NCBI GenBank assembly: GCA_046727275.1
Contig: JBKPCH010000031.1
Location: 244-64,243 of the forward strand
From: Candidatus Dormiibacterota bacterium
GTDB taxonomy: Bacteria > Chloroflexota > Dormibacteria > Dormibacterales > Dormibacteraceae
Reading direction: 5' to 3'
DNA length: 64,000 bases
Part shown: in pieces, positions 37,668 through 47,949 of the stretch
Layout of the letters: each line of letters starts with the position of its first letter
Numbering within the stretch: position 1 is the stretch's first letter
Position numbers and translations under genes: made by a program
Notes under the pieces: model-generated
Seen by the model: the letters and a program-made list of their open reading frames with translations, nothing else
Databases searched by the model: none
Told to the model about the DNA's origin: nothing

Positions 37668-39200
37668 TCAGTGGCGGAAGTGGCGCTCTCCCGTGACCAC
37701 CATCGCCCCGCCCGCCGCGTCGGCCGCGGCCACCGCCTCCGCGTCGCGCACAGAGCCGCCCGGCTGGATCACGGCGGTGGCCCCCGCCTCCAGGCACACC
37801 TGCACCCCGTCCGGGAACGGGAAGAACGCGTCGGAGGCGGCCACCGCCCCGGAGGCCCGCTCGCCGGCCCGCTTCACGGCGATCTCGGCCGCCTCGACGC
37901 GGCTCATCTGGCCGGCGCCCACGCCGACGGCGGCGAAATCGCGGGCCAGCACGATGGCGTTCGACTTCACGTGCTTGGCGGCGATCCAGGCGAACTCCAG
38001 GTGCTCCCACTCCTCCGCGGTCGGCTGGCGGCGGCTGACCACGCGGCAGGCCTGCCGGTCGAAGCCGCGCCGGTCCCAGGTCTGGGCCAGGAAGCCACCC
38101 GGCACCGACCGCACCTGGTAGCCGCGCCGGCGGACGGGGCCGACCACCAGGACGCGCAGGTTCTTGCGGGCCTCCAGCGCCCGCGCGGCCGTCTCCGACA
38201 CCGACGGCGCCAGCAGGACGTCCGTCCTGATCGCGAGAACCTGGTCCGCCGTGGCCGGGTCCAGCTCCCGGTTCACCGCCACGACTCCGCCGAAGGCCGA
38301 GCGCGGGTCGCACTCGTACGCCTTCCGGTACGCCTCCGGCAGGCCGTCGGCGACGGCCAGGCCGCACGGGTTGGTGTGCTTGATGATCGCGGCGGCGGGC
38401 CGGCCGTAGTCGGACACCAGCTCGAAGGCGGCCGCGGCGTCCTGGATGTTGTTGTAGGTGAGCTCGGGGCCCTGCAGCTGCCGCGCCGAGCCCAGCCCGC
38501 CCGGGTCGCTGCCCAGCCGGTAGAACGCGGCCCGCTGGTGCGGGTTCTCGCCATATCGCAGCGGCGTCGCCAGGCTGCCGGCGACGCTCAGCTCGGCCGG
38601 GAACGAGTCCGGCTCCTCCCCGTCGGTCGCCTGCAGCCAGGCGGCGATCTGGGCGTCGTACGTGGCCGTGTGGGCGAACGCCTCGGCCGCCAGCCGCCGG
38701 CGCGTATCCGGGCTCACGCCGCCCTCCTGGAGCGCCCCCAGGACCTCGCTGTAGCGCTCGGGCCGGACCACCACGATCACGTCGGCGTGGTTCTTGGCGG
38801 CCGCCCGGACCATGGCCGGACCGCCGATGTCGATCTGCTCGAGGATCTCCGAGAATTTGGCGCCCGGCCGCGCGAGCGTCTCCGCGAACGGGTACAGGTT
38901 CACGCAGAGCAGGTCGATCAGCTTCAGGTCGTGCGCCTGGACCTCGCGCATGTGCTCGGTGAGCTCCCGCCGGGCCAGCAGGCCGGCGTGCACCCCCGGG
39001 TGCAGGGTCTTGACGCGGCCGTCCAGCAGCTCCGGGAACCCGGTCAGCTCGGACACCGGGAGCACGTCGATCGAGGCCTCCTCGAGGGCCGCCCTGGTTC
39101 GGCCCGTCGAGTACAGCTCGTAGCCCAGCCGCACCAGGCCCCGGGCGAACGCCGGCAGCCCGGCCTTGTTACTGACGGACAGAAGAGCTCGTTTCGGCAA
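37668..39200 (-). CDS. purH: bifunctional AICAR transformylase / IMP cyclohydrolase
   Basis: KRALLSVSNKAGLPAFARGLVRLGYELYSTGRT...LDGRVKTLHP...ERHFRH at the C-terminus. I placed the start at TTG 39200, giving MPKRALLSVS and 510 aa. The ORF-track start is 39371. Confidence 0.9.
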   Translation of the reverse strand: MPKRALLSVSNKAGLPAFARGLVRLGYELYSTGRTRAALEEASIDVLPVSELTGFPELLDGRVKTLHPGVHAGLLARRELTEHMREVQAHDLKLIDLLCVNLYPFAETLARPGAKFSEILEQIDIGGPAMVRAAAKNHADVIVVVRPERYSEVLGALQEGGVSPDTRRRLAAEAFAHTATYDAQIAAWLQATDGEEPDSFPAELSVAGSLATPLRYGENPHQRAAFYRLGSDPGGLGSARQLQGPELTYNNIQDAAAAFELVSDYGRPAAAIIKHTNPCGLAVADGLPEAYRKAYECDPRSAFGGVVAVNRELDPATADQVLAIRTDVLLAPSVSETAARALEARKNLRVLVVGPVRRRGYQVRSVPGGFLAQTWDRRGFDRQACRVVSRRQPTAEEWEHLEFAWIAAKHVKSNAIVLARDFAAVGVGAGQMSRVEAAEIAVKRAGERASGAVAASDAFFPFPDGVQVCLEAGATAVIQPGGSVRDAEAVAAADAAGGAMVVTGERHFRH

Positions 39201-39795
39201 TGCGTTCGATGGCCTCCGGGAGGATTCGGTGCTCCTCGGCCTGGATGCGGGCGTGCAGGCTCTCCACGGTATCGCCGGGCAGCACCGGCACGGCGGCCTG
39301 GAGCAGGATCGGGCCGGCGTCCACGTCGTCGGTGACGAGGTGGACTGTGCAGCCGGTGACCTGGACACCATGCGTCAGCGCCAGGGCCACGGCGTCCATG
39401 GTGCCGGCGAAGGCCGGCAGCAGCGAGGGGTGGACGTTGATGACGCGGCCTTCGAACGCGGCGAGGAAGGGCGGGCTGAGGATCCGGTCGTAGCCGGCGT
39501 TCACCACCAGCTCGACGCCGCGCTCGCGCAGCCACGCGGCCATCGCCGCGTCCCGTGCCTCCAGCGACCCATGGCGGCTCTGCGGGAACTCGCCCAGCGG
39601 CAGGCCCCGCTCCCGGGCGAAGGCGGCCGCGGGGCTGCTGGGCCGGTTGCTGGCGACGGCCACCACGCGGTAGCCGCGGTCGACCAGGTTGCGCAGGTTC
39701 GTGCCCCGCCCGCTGGCCAGGACGCCCAGCCGGATGGTAGATGGCTGACTCCGAATCGTCGACGGATCTCTCGCCGCCAATTCGGAGTCAGCCAT
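39169..39795 (-). CDS. purN: phosphoribosylglycinamide formyltransferase
   Basis: RLGVLASGRGTNLRNL, INVHPSLLPAFAG and DDVDAGPILLQ. Confidence 0.9.
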   Translation of the reverse strand: MADSELAARDPSTIRSQPSTIRLGVLASGRGTNLRNLVDRGYRVVAVASNRPSSPAAAFARERGLPLGEFPQSRHGSLEARDAAMAAWLRERGVELVVNAGYDRILSPPFLAAFEGRVINVHPSLLPAFAGTMDAVALALTHGVQVTGCTVHLVTDDVDAGPILLQAAVPVLPGDTVESLHARIQAEEHRILPEAIERIAETSSSVRQ

Positions 39796-39801
39796 CCGCG
39801 G

Positions 39802-40773
39802 TCACCGCACCCGGACGCGCTGCGCGCCGGCCTGCTCGACCACGCGCCCGACCTGGGGCAGGCCGGGCAGCGGCTCGGCCGTCACCAGCACCATCCCCAG
39901 GCCCATGTTGAACGTGCCCAGCATCTCGTCGTCGGCGATCCGGCCGCGGCTGGCGATCAGCCGGAAGATCGGCGGCACCTCCCAGGTGGAGCTGTCCAGC
40001 TCGGCCGCCAGCCCGTCGGGCAGCGCCCGGTGCACGTTCCCGAGCAGGCCGCCGCCCGTGACGTGCGCCGCCGCCTTCCAGGGCAGCTCGCGCAGCTCCC
40101 GGAGATAGGAGCGGTGCGGCTCCAGCAGGACGTCGCCCAGCGGGCGGCCCAGCTCGGGGAAGACCTGGTCGAGCGCCACGTCCTCGAACACCCTGCGCAC
40201 GAGCGAGAAGCCGTTCGTGTGCAGGCCGCTGGAGGGCAGGCCGACCAGCAGGTCGCCCGCGCGCACCGGCTCGCGGTCCGCCTCGGGGTCGACCAGGCCG
40301 ACCACGAAGCCGACCAGGTCGTAGTCGCCGAGCGCGTACGTGCCGGGCATCTCGGCCGTCTCCCCGCCGAGCAGCGCGCAGCCGTTCTCGGCGCAGGCCC
40401 GGGTCAGCCCCGCCACCACCTCTCCGAAGACGCTCTCGTCCAACCGGCCGCTGGCGAAGTAGTCCAGGAAGAACAGCGGCCGGGCGCGGGCGGTGGCGAC
40501 GTCGTTCACGCAGTGGTTGACCAGGTCCTCGCCGATCCCGCGGTGCCTGCCGTACGCGGTGGCCACCTTCGTCTTGGTGCCCACGCTGTCGGTCGAGGCG
40601 GCCAGCCGGGCGCCGCCGGGCAGCTCGTACAGGCCGGCGAACGGGCCCACGCCGGTCACGACCTCCGGGCCCTGGGTGGCCGCGATCAGCGGCCTGACCC
40701 GCTCCAGCATCCGCTCGTAGGCCTCGATGTCGACGCCGGCGGCCGCGTAGGAGAGGCCCTCGTCGCCGATCAC
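39802..40773 (-). CDS. purM: phosphoribosylformylglycinamidine cyclo-ligase (AIR synthetase)
   Basis: LSYAAAGVDIEAYE, STDSVGTKTKVA, FLDYFASG and SSGLHTNGFSL. The GTG start at 40773 overlaps the purF TGA as GTGA. Confidence 0.9.
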   Translation of the reverse strand: MIGDEGLSYAAAGVDIEAYERMLERVRPLIAATQGPEVVTGVGPFAGLYELPGGARLAASTDSVGTKTKVATAYGRHRGIGEDLVNHCVNDVATARARPLFFLDYFASGRLDESVFGEVVAGLTRACAENGCALLGGETAEMPGTYALGDYDLVGFVVGLVDPEADREPVRAGDLLVGLPSSGLHTNGFSLVRRVFEDVALDQVFPELGRPLGDVLLEPHRSYLRELRELPWKAAAHVTGGGLLGNVHRALPDGLAAELDSSTWEVPPIFRLIASRGRIADDEMLGTFNMGLGMVLVTAEPLPGLPQVGRVVEQAGAQRVRVR

Positions 40774-42197
40774 GGGCCGGTCACGGCCAGGCCAGGCTCC
40801 TCGAACGCCATCTTGTCCATCTCGAGCTGCTGGGGCACCGGCACAGGGTACGCACCGTCGAAGCAGGCCCGGCAGAACTGGTCGATCGTGCCGTGCCCGA
40901 CCGCCCGCATCATGGCGGGGATGGAGAGGTAGGCCAGGGAGTCGGCGCCGATGAACTGCCGGACCTCCTCCACCGTCCGTCCGGCCGCGATCAGCTGCTT
41001 GGTCGAGCCGATGTCGACGCCCATGAAGCAGGGGAAGCGCATCGGCGGGCTGGAGACGCGCAGGTGGACCTCGCGGGCGCCGGCGCGGCGGAGGACGTCG
41101 ATGATGCGGCGGGAGCTGGTGCCGCGCACGATCGAGTCGTCGACGGCGATCACGCGCCGGCCGCGCAGGGAGCGGCGCAGCGGGTTCAGCTTGAGCACCA
41201 CGCCCGCCTCGCGCAGCGACTGGTCCGGCTGGATGAACGTCCGGTTGATGTAGCGGCTCTTGATGAGGCCCTCGCGGAAGGGGATGCCCGACTCCTCTGC
41301 GTAGCCGATCGCCGCTGGCGTCCCCGAGTCGGGCACGCTGATGACCATGTCCGCCTCGACCGGCTGCTGCCTCGCCAGCTCGCGGCCCATGCGGACGCGG
41401 GCCTCCTCCAGCTCGCAGTTCTTGATGATCGAGTCGGGCCGGGCAAAGTAGATGAACTCGAACACGCACATGGCGTGCCGGCCGGACTTCTGGAACTGGA
41501 CGGAGCTGAGGCCGTGGTCGTCCATGACCACCATCTCGCCGGGCTGGACCTCGCGGACGAACGTGGCGTTGACGGTGTCCAGCGCGCAGGTCTCGGAGGC
41601 GACGACGTGGGCGGGCTGGCCGCGGAGCGGGATGAAGCCGAGCGAGAGCGGCCGGAAGCCGTAGGGGTCGCGCAGGGCGATCACCGAGCTGCCGGTGACG
41701 ATGGCGCAGGAGTAGGCGCCGACGACCCTGGCGAAGGCCCGGCGGATCACCTCCTCCCAGCCGGCCCCGTGGGTCCGCTCCAGCAGCCTGGCCATGACCT
41801 CGGTGTCCAGGCCCGTGTCGAAGACGGCGCCCTGCTCCTCCAGCTCGCGGCGGATGGCGTCGGAGTTGATCAGGTTGCCGTTGTGGGCGATGGCCCCGGG
41901 CCCGAGCGCCGGGTGGTGGAAGGGGACGGGGTGGGTGTTCTCGGCCCGGCTGGCGCCGGTCGTGGAGTAGCGGGTGTGGCCGATCGCGACGACGCCCTTC
42001 AGGTCCTCGATGGTGGCGGGGGAGAAGACCTGCGTGACCAGGCCCATGTCGCGGTGGAGGCGCACCTGGCGGCCGTCCCCCACGGCGATGCCGGCCGACT
42101 CCTGCCCCCGGTGCTGGAGGGAGAAGAGCCCGAAGAAGGTCAGGTTGGCCACGTCCACCTGCGAGGACGAGGACTGGATGCCGAAGATGCCGCACAT
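40770..42197 (-). CDS. purF: amidophosphoribosyltransferase
   Basis: MCGIFGI N-terminal nucleophile, then FSLQHRGQESAGIA and the PRTase motif VIAVDDSIVRGTS. Start ATG at 42197; 475 aa. Confidence 0.92.
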   Translation of the reverse strand: MCGIFGIQSSSSQVDVANLTFFGLFSLQHRGQESAGIAVGDGRQVRLHRDMGLVTQVFSPATIEDLKGVVAIGHTRYSTTGASRAENTHPVPFHHPALGPGAIAHNGNLINSDAIRRELEEQGAVFDTGLDTEVMARLLERTHGAGWEEVIRRAFARVVGAYSCAIVTGSSVIALRDPYGFRPLSLGFIPLRGQPAHVVASETCALDTVNATFVREVQPGEMVVMDDHGLSSVQFQKSGRHAMCVFEFIYFARPDSIIKNCELEEARVRMGRELARQQPVEADMVISVPDSGTPAAIGYAEESGIPFREGLIKSRYINRTFIQPDQSLREAGVVLKLNPLRRSLRGRRVIAVDDSIVRGTSSRRIIDVLRRAGAREVHLRVSSPPMRFPCFMGVDIGSTKQLIAAGRTVEEVRQFIGADSLAYLSIPAMMRAVGHGTIDQFCRACFDGAYPVPVPQQLEMDKMAFEEPGLAVTGP

Positions 42198-42219
42198 GGC
42201 TCTAACCCCCTCCCCTGGG

Positions 42220-42248
42220 TCTCCCTCCCCCGCGAGGGGGGAGGGAGA
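42220..42248. repeat. perfect GC-rich hairpin between purL and purF
   Basis: tctccctccccc-gcgag-gggggagggaga gives a 12-bp stem and a 5-nt loop. It contains the 21-mer ccccgcgaggggggagggaga, which recurs at 45204-45224. Confidence 0.8.
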
Positions 42249-42253
42249 AGACC

Positions 42254-44445
42254 TCATCCATTCAGTGCCGCCTCCCACGCCTGGCGCAGCTCGTCCAGCG
42301 GGACGCGCAGCTGGCGCTCGAACTCGATCGTGTCGCCGCCGCTCACCCCCAGCAGCGCCAGGTCGGCCCGGTGCCGGCCGGCGAGCTGCTGCAGCTCCGG
42401 GATCGCCCGCGACGTGGCGCTGACGACGAACCGCCCCTGCGACTCGCCGAAGAAGGCGGCGTCCAGGCGCACCTCGCCGTCGCCCCGCAGCGGGCCGCAG
42501 CGCACGCCCCGGCCGCCCAGCAGGCAGCACTCCGCCAGCGCGACCAGCATCCCGCCCTCCGCCACGTCGTGGGCGGAGCGCAGCAGCCCCGCCGCGGCCG
42601 CCTCCAGGACGAACGCCTGCGCGGCCTTCTCGCGACGCAGGTCCAGCTCCGGCGGCGGGCCCTCGACCTGGCCGTGCACCACCTTGAGGTACTCCGAGCC
42701 TCCCAGGTCGTTCCCGGTCCGCCCCACCAGCAGGACCAGGTCGCCGTCCCCGGCGAACCCCGCGCCCAGCCTCCGGTCCAGGTCCGGCAGCAGCCCGACC
42801 ATGCCGATCACCGGGGTCGGGTCGATGGACCCGGCCTCCTCGGACTCGTTGTAGAGGCTGACGTTGCCGCTCACCACGGGCACGGCCAGCGCCCGGCACC
42901 CGGCAGCGATGCCGGCCACCGCCCGCTGCAGCTGCCAGTAGACCTCGGGCCGCTCCGGGTTGCCGAAGTTCAGGCAGTCGGTGACGGCGAGGGGCCGGGC
43001 GCCCGTCGCGACCAGGTTCCGGGCCGCCTCCGCCACGGCGATCTGCGCCCCCCGGTACGGGTCGAGCCGGCAGTAGCGGGCGTTGCCGTCGATCGTCAGC
43101 GCCAGCCCCAGCCTGGTTCCCGGCACGCGCAGCACCGCCGCGTCGCCCCCGGGCGGCACGACGGTCGCGTCCCCGACCATGTGGTCGTAGCGCCGGAAGA
43201 CCGGCCGCCGGCTGCCCAGGTTGGGGCTGCCCAGCAGGCGCACCAGCACCGCCGCCAGGTCCGGCGGGTGGGCGAGCAGCGGCTCCAGGTTCCCGATCGC
43301 CGCCTGCTCGACGGGCGGGTGGCCCGGCAGCAGGCGGACCGGAGCCTCCGTCAGCAGCGCCACCGGCAGCCGGGCGACCTCGGCGCCGCGCTCGCGGATC
43401 GCCAGGTCGCGGTCGCCGGTGACCTCCCCGATGACCGACGCCTCCAGGTCCCACTTCGCGAAGACGCCGGCCAGGTCCCGCTCGCGGCCGCGCTCGACGA
43501 CGATCAGCATCCGCTCCTGCGACTCGGAGAGCATCACCTCGTAGGGCGTCATGCCGGTCTCGCGCCGGGGCACGGCGGCCACGTCCAGCGCGGCCCCGGC
43601 GTCGGAGCGGGCGGCCACCTCCGCCACCGCGCTGGTCAGCCCGGCGGCGCCCAGGTCCTGCACGGCGACGACGCCCGGCAGCTCCAGCAGCTCCAGGCAC
43701 GCTTCCAGCAGGCACTTCTCCAGGAAGGGGTTGCCGACCTGGACGGCCGGGCGCCGCTCCTCGGCCGCGCTGTCCAGCTCCAGCGAGGCGAAGGAGGCGC
43801 CGTGGATGCCGTCCCGGCCGGTCTGGGCTCCGACCAGGAGGAGCAGGTTGCCGGGACCCTGCGCCCGGGCGCGGCGAAGCCGGTCCGCCCGCACCAGGCC
43901 CACGCACATGGCGTTGACCAGCGGGTTGCCGGCGTAGCACTCCTCGAAGTAGACCTCGCCGCCCACGGTCGGGACGCCCATGCAGTTGCCGTAGCCGCCG
44001 ACGCCGGCCACCACGCCCTCGAAGTGGCGGCGGCTGCCGGGGAGCGGTCCGAAGCGGAGCGAGTCCAGCAGCGCGACCGGCCGGGCGCCCATCGCCATCA
44101 CGTCGCGGAGGATGCCGCCCACGCCCGTGGCCGCGCCCTGGTAGGGCTCGATCGCGCTGGGGTGGTTGTGGGACTCGACCTTGAAGACGACCGCCCAGCC
44201 CTCGCCGATGCCGACCGCCCCGGCGTTCTCGCCCGGGCCCTGGAGCACGTGGGGGCCCTCGGTGGGCAGGTCGCGGAGCAGGGGCCGCGACGTCTTGTAC
44301 GAGCAGTGCTCGGACCAGAGCACGCCGAGCATCCCCAGCTCGACCTCGTTGGGCTCGCGGCCCAGGCGCTCGACGATGTCCAGGTACTCCTCGGGCGACA
44401 GCGCGACCTCGCGCAGCCTCCGCCGGTCCGGCAGGCCGATCGGGC

Positions 44446-44458
<13 letters not shown>
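42254..44458 (-). CDS. purL: phosphoribosylformylglycinamidine synthase subunit II
   Basis: [44 protein letters not shown] and [15 protein letters not shown]. 734 aa from the ATG at 44458. Confidence 0.92.
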
Positions 44459-45146
<688 letters not shown>

Positions 45147-45150
<4 letters not shown>

Positions 45151-45464
45151 CGGGCCTCGTCCCGGCTGGCGCCGGCACCGTCCGCCCCCCCACCCCGGCC
45201 CTTCCCCGCGAGGGGGGAGGGAGAGAAGGCGAGCTCGAACCGGTAGTCCTCGATCACCTGGTTGGCCAGCAGGCGCCGGCACATGTCGTCCACCCTGGAG
45301 CGCGCCTCCTCCTCGGACGTGCCGTCCAGGCGCACCTCGATGTACTTGCCGACGCGGACGTCGGCCACCTCGGCGAAGCCCAGCGCGTGCAGGCTCTGGC
45401 GGACCGTCACGCCCTGCGGGTCGTTCAGGACCGGCTTCGGGACGACGACGACCCTGGCGATCAC
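45147..45464 (-). CDS. purS: phosphoribosylformylglycinamidine synthase subunit PurS, with a ~25-aa C-terminal extension read through a repeat element
   Basis: [44 protein letters not shown]...VIEDYRFEL, then [27 protein letters not shown]. The start is a GTGA overlap with purC and the end is an ATGA overlap with purQ. Confidence 0.85.
45204..45224. repeat. second copy of the 21-mer ccccgcgaggggggagggaga, inside the purS 3' tail
   Basis: Exact 21-nt identity with 42228-42248 on the same strand. The left arm is only partly complementary here. Confidence 0.75.
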
Positions 45465-46357
45465 CCGGCCGGCTCGCTCGCCAGGAGGGAGCGGCCGGTC
45501 AGCCGCTCGTAGGCGGTCAGGTAGCGCTCGCGGGTCTGCTCGACGACCTCGTCGGGCAGCGGCGGCGGCAGGGAGTCGCGGTCCCACCCACTCTCGCCGG
45601 TCAGCCAGTCGCGCACGAACTGCTTGTCGAAGGAGTCGGGCGCCGTGCCCACCTCGTAGGTGGCGGCGTCCCAGTAGCGCGAGCTGTCCGGGGTCAGCGC
45701 CTCGTCGATCAGCAGCAGCCGGCCGTCCAGCTGGCCGAACTCGAACTTGGTGTCGGCCAGGATCAGGCCCTGCTGCTCGGCGTGGCGGGCCGCCTCGCCA
45801 TAGAGGCTGAGGCTGACGTCCCGCAGCCGGCCGGCCAGCTCGCTCCCGATCTCCTGCTCCATCCGGCCGAACGTGATGTTCTCGTCGTGGCCCACGTCGG
45901 CCTTGGTGGCCGGCGTGAAGATCGGCTCCGGCAGCTTCTCGCTCTCCCGTAAGCCGGCCGGCAGCGGCTCGCCGGCCATCGTGCCCGTCTTCCGGTACTC
46001 GGCCCACGCGCTGCCGGCCAGGTAGCCGCGGACGACGCACTCGAAGTCGAGCCGGCTGGCCCTCTTCACGACCATGCAGCGGCCGTCCAGCTCGTCCGGC
46101 AGGCCGTCGTATGCCGTCGAGAGCAGGTGGTTGTCGACGACGTCGCCGGTGCGCTCGAACCAGAAGGCCGACAGCTGGGTCAGCACGCGGCCGCGGTCCG
46201 GGATGCCGGTCGGCAGCACCCAGTCGAAGGCCGAGATGCGGTCCGTGGTGACCATCAACAGCCGTTCGTCGTCGAGCTGGTACGTGTCCCGCACCTTGCC
46301 GCGGGAGAAGAGCGGCAGGTCGATACGGGTCTCCGTCAGCGCGTGGCGGTCGTTCAT
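45461..46357 (-). CDS. purC: phosphoribosylaminoimidazole-succinocarboxamide synthase
   Basis: [23 protein letters not shown] and [11 protein letters not shown]. Confidence 0.92.
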   Translation of the reverse strand: MNDRHALTETRIDLPLFSRGKVRDTYQLDDERLLMVTTDRISAFDWVLPTGIPDRGRVLTQLSAFWFERTGDVVDNHLLSTAYDGLPDELDGRCMVVKRASRLDFECVVRGYLAGSAWAEYRKTGTMAGEPLPAGLRESEKLPEPIFTPATKADVGHDENITFGRMEQEIGSELAGRLRDVSLSLYGEAARHAEQQGLILADTKFEFGQLDGRLLLIDEALTPDSSRYWDAATYEVGTAPDSFDKQFVRDWLTGESGWDRDSLPPPLPDEVVEQTRERYLTAYERLTGRSLLASEPAG

Positions 46358-46364
46358 GCGGCCG

Positions 46365-47720
46365 TCACCTCCAGGTTGAGATCGGCTCCCCCTCGGCGGG
46401 AGGGGAGGGCCGGGGCTGTGCCGCCTCGCCGTCCAGCCCGATCCGGGCGAAGGCCAGGTCGACGTGACGAAGGAACTCCGAGGGATCGAAGATGGCGTCC
46501 AGGCGGTCGCCGATCCGCGCCATCACAGACGGGTCGGCCTCCAGGTTGCCCCGGAAGCCGCCGTCGCCGGCGAGGGCGCGGAGCGCCGCCGACTGGACCA
46601 GCCGGTAGGCCTCCTCGCGCGACATCCCCGTCTCGACGAGCGCGAGCAGCGCCCGCTGCGAGTAGACGATGCCGCCGCTCGCGTCGAGGTTGCGGGCCAT
46701 CTGCTCGGGCCGGACCTCGAGGCCGTCGAGCACCGCCGCCAGCTCGAGGGCCATGAAGTCGACCAGGCAGCAGGCGTCGGGGAAGACGACCCGCTCGGCC
46801 GAGCTGTGGCTGATGTCCCGCTCGTGCCACAGGGCCACGTTCTCCAGCGCCGTGGCGGCGTAGCCCCTGACCACGCGGGCCAGGCCGCACACCCGTTCGG
46901 TCCGGATGGGGTTGCGTTTGTGGGGCATGGCGGAGGAACCTTTCTGTTCGGCTCCGAACGGCTCCAGCGCCTCCGCCACCTCCGTGCGCTGGAGGTGCCG
47001 GATCTCAAGCGCGATCCGCTCCAGCGACCCGGATGCCACACCCAGAGCGTTCATGAACGAGGAATGCCGATCTCTCGCCACCACCTGCGTGCTCACCGGG
47101 TCGACGTCCAGGCCCAGCGAGCGGCAGACGTATGCCTCCACGCGCGGGTCCACGCTGGCGTGGGTGCCGACGGGCCCGCTCAGCTTGCCGGTCGCCACCT
47201 CCCGCCGCGCCGCCTCCAGCCGCCCGACCGCCCTGTCCAGGTCGGCCACCCAGCCCGCCACCTTGAACCCGAAGGTGATCGGCTCGGCGTGGATGCCGTG
47301 GGTCCGGCCCACCATGAGCGTGTCGCGGTGACGGAGCGCGAGCGCGGCCGCCGCCCCGCGCAGGCGGCGCAGGTCCTCGAGGACGACGTCCGCGCTGTCC
47401 CGCAGCTGCAGGGCGAAGGCGGTGTCGACCACGTCGGAGCTGGTCAGGCCCAGGTGCAGGTAGCGAGCCTCCGGCTGCCCGACCGACTCGCCGGCCACCG
47501 TCAGGAAGGCGATGACGTCGTGCCCGACGCGCTCCTCCACCTCGCGGACGCGCTCGACGTCGATGGTGGCGGCCCGGATCCGGGGGAGCGCCTCCGCGGG
47601 AATGCGACCGAGGGCGGCCCCGGCCTCGCAGGCCAGGACCTCGATCCGCAGCCAGAGCTCGAAGCGATGGCGGTCAGACCAGACCTCGCGGATCCGGGGA
47701 GGTGCGTAGCGCTCGATCAA
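46365..47720 (-). CDS. purB: adenylosuccinate lyase
   Basis: MIERYAPPRIREVWSD, LGLTSSDVVDTA and GSSAMPHKRNP (the fumarate-lyase signature). TTG start. The C-terminal ~20 aa (GEAAQPRPSPPAEGEPISTWR) run through a repeat element. Confidence 0.9.
   Translation of the reverse strand: MIERYAPPRIREVWSDRHRFELWLRIEVLACEAGAALGRIPAEALPRIRAATIDVERVREVEERVGHDVIAFLTVAGESVGQPEARYLHLGLTSSDVVDTAFALQLRDSADVVLEDLRRLRGAAAALALRHRDTLMVGRTHGIHAEPITFGFKVAGWVADLDRAVGRLEAARREVATGKLSGPVGTHASVDPRVEAYVCRSLGLDVDPVSTQVVARDRHSSFMNALGVASGSLERIALEIRHLQRTEVAEALEPFGAEQKGSSAMPHKRNPIRTERVCGLARVVRGYAATALENVALWHERDISHSSAERVVFPDACCLVDFMALELAAVLDGLEVRPEQMARNLDASGGIVYSQRALLALVETGMSREEAYRLVQSAALRALAGDGGFRGNLEADPSVMARIGDRLDAIFDPSEFLRHVDLAFARIGLDGEAAQPRPSPPAEGEPISTWR
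46386..46407. repeat. related imperfect C-rich/G-rich hairpin in the purB 3' tail
   Basis: ctccccctc-ggcg-ggaggggag. On the minus strand it encodes PSPPAEGEP, the same flavour as PSPLAGEG and PSPLAGKG at the other sites. Confidence 0.5.
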
Positions 47721-47897
47721 TGGGGAGCCGAGCTCCTGGGAACCGTGGGAGAGTACAAGCGGCCCTCACATTATAGGCATCGACGCCGGTCCAAGATGTT
47801 GTACGTCACCAGCCCCTTGGCCCCTAGATGTGGGTTCGGGCTGGCGGCCGGGGCCTGGGGTCCGAGGCGCTAAGCTGAGGTGCGCATGAGTGTGACT

Positions 47898-47925
47898 CGT
47901 AACCCAGCGAGGACGGTCCACGTTT
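47898..47925 (+). promoter_or_regulatory. candidate ECF-type promoter upstream of the sigma-factor gene
   Basis: cGTAACc, then 16 nt, then CGTTt resembles the GGAAC-N16/17-CGT pattern of ECF-dependent promoters. GAAGGAG lies 6-7 nt before the ATG at 47950. Confidence 0.3.
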
Positions 47926-47949
47926 GACCAGGCGAAGAAGGAGTGGGCG

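Noticed and set aside
39166-40932. Long ORFs antisense to the pur genes: 39166-40932 (+), 40893-42854 (+), 42371-44653 (+), 44542-45246 (+), 46464-47873 (+) and 37671-39335 (+).
   Set aside because: These are shadow ORFs typical of ~70% GC DNA. Their translations are Arg/Ala/Gly/Pro-rich without motifs, while the opposite strand encodes textbook Pur enzymes.
40770-43940. Very long ORF-track entries such as 1056 aa (40770-43940), 979 aa (42254-45193), 797 aa (39802-42195), 1197 aa (56359-59952), 907 aa (60392-63115) and 772 aa (58911-61229).
   Set aside because: Only the C-terminal parts match protein families. The N-terminal extensions run antisense or out of frame through neighbouring genes. 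I trimmed the starts to the family-consistent initiation codons.
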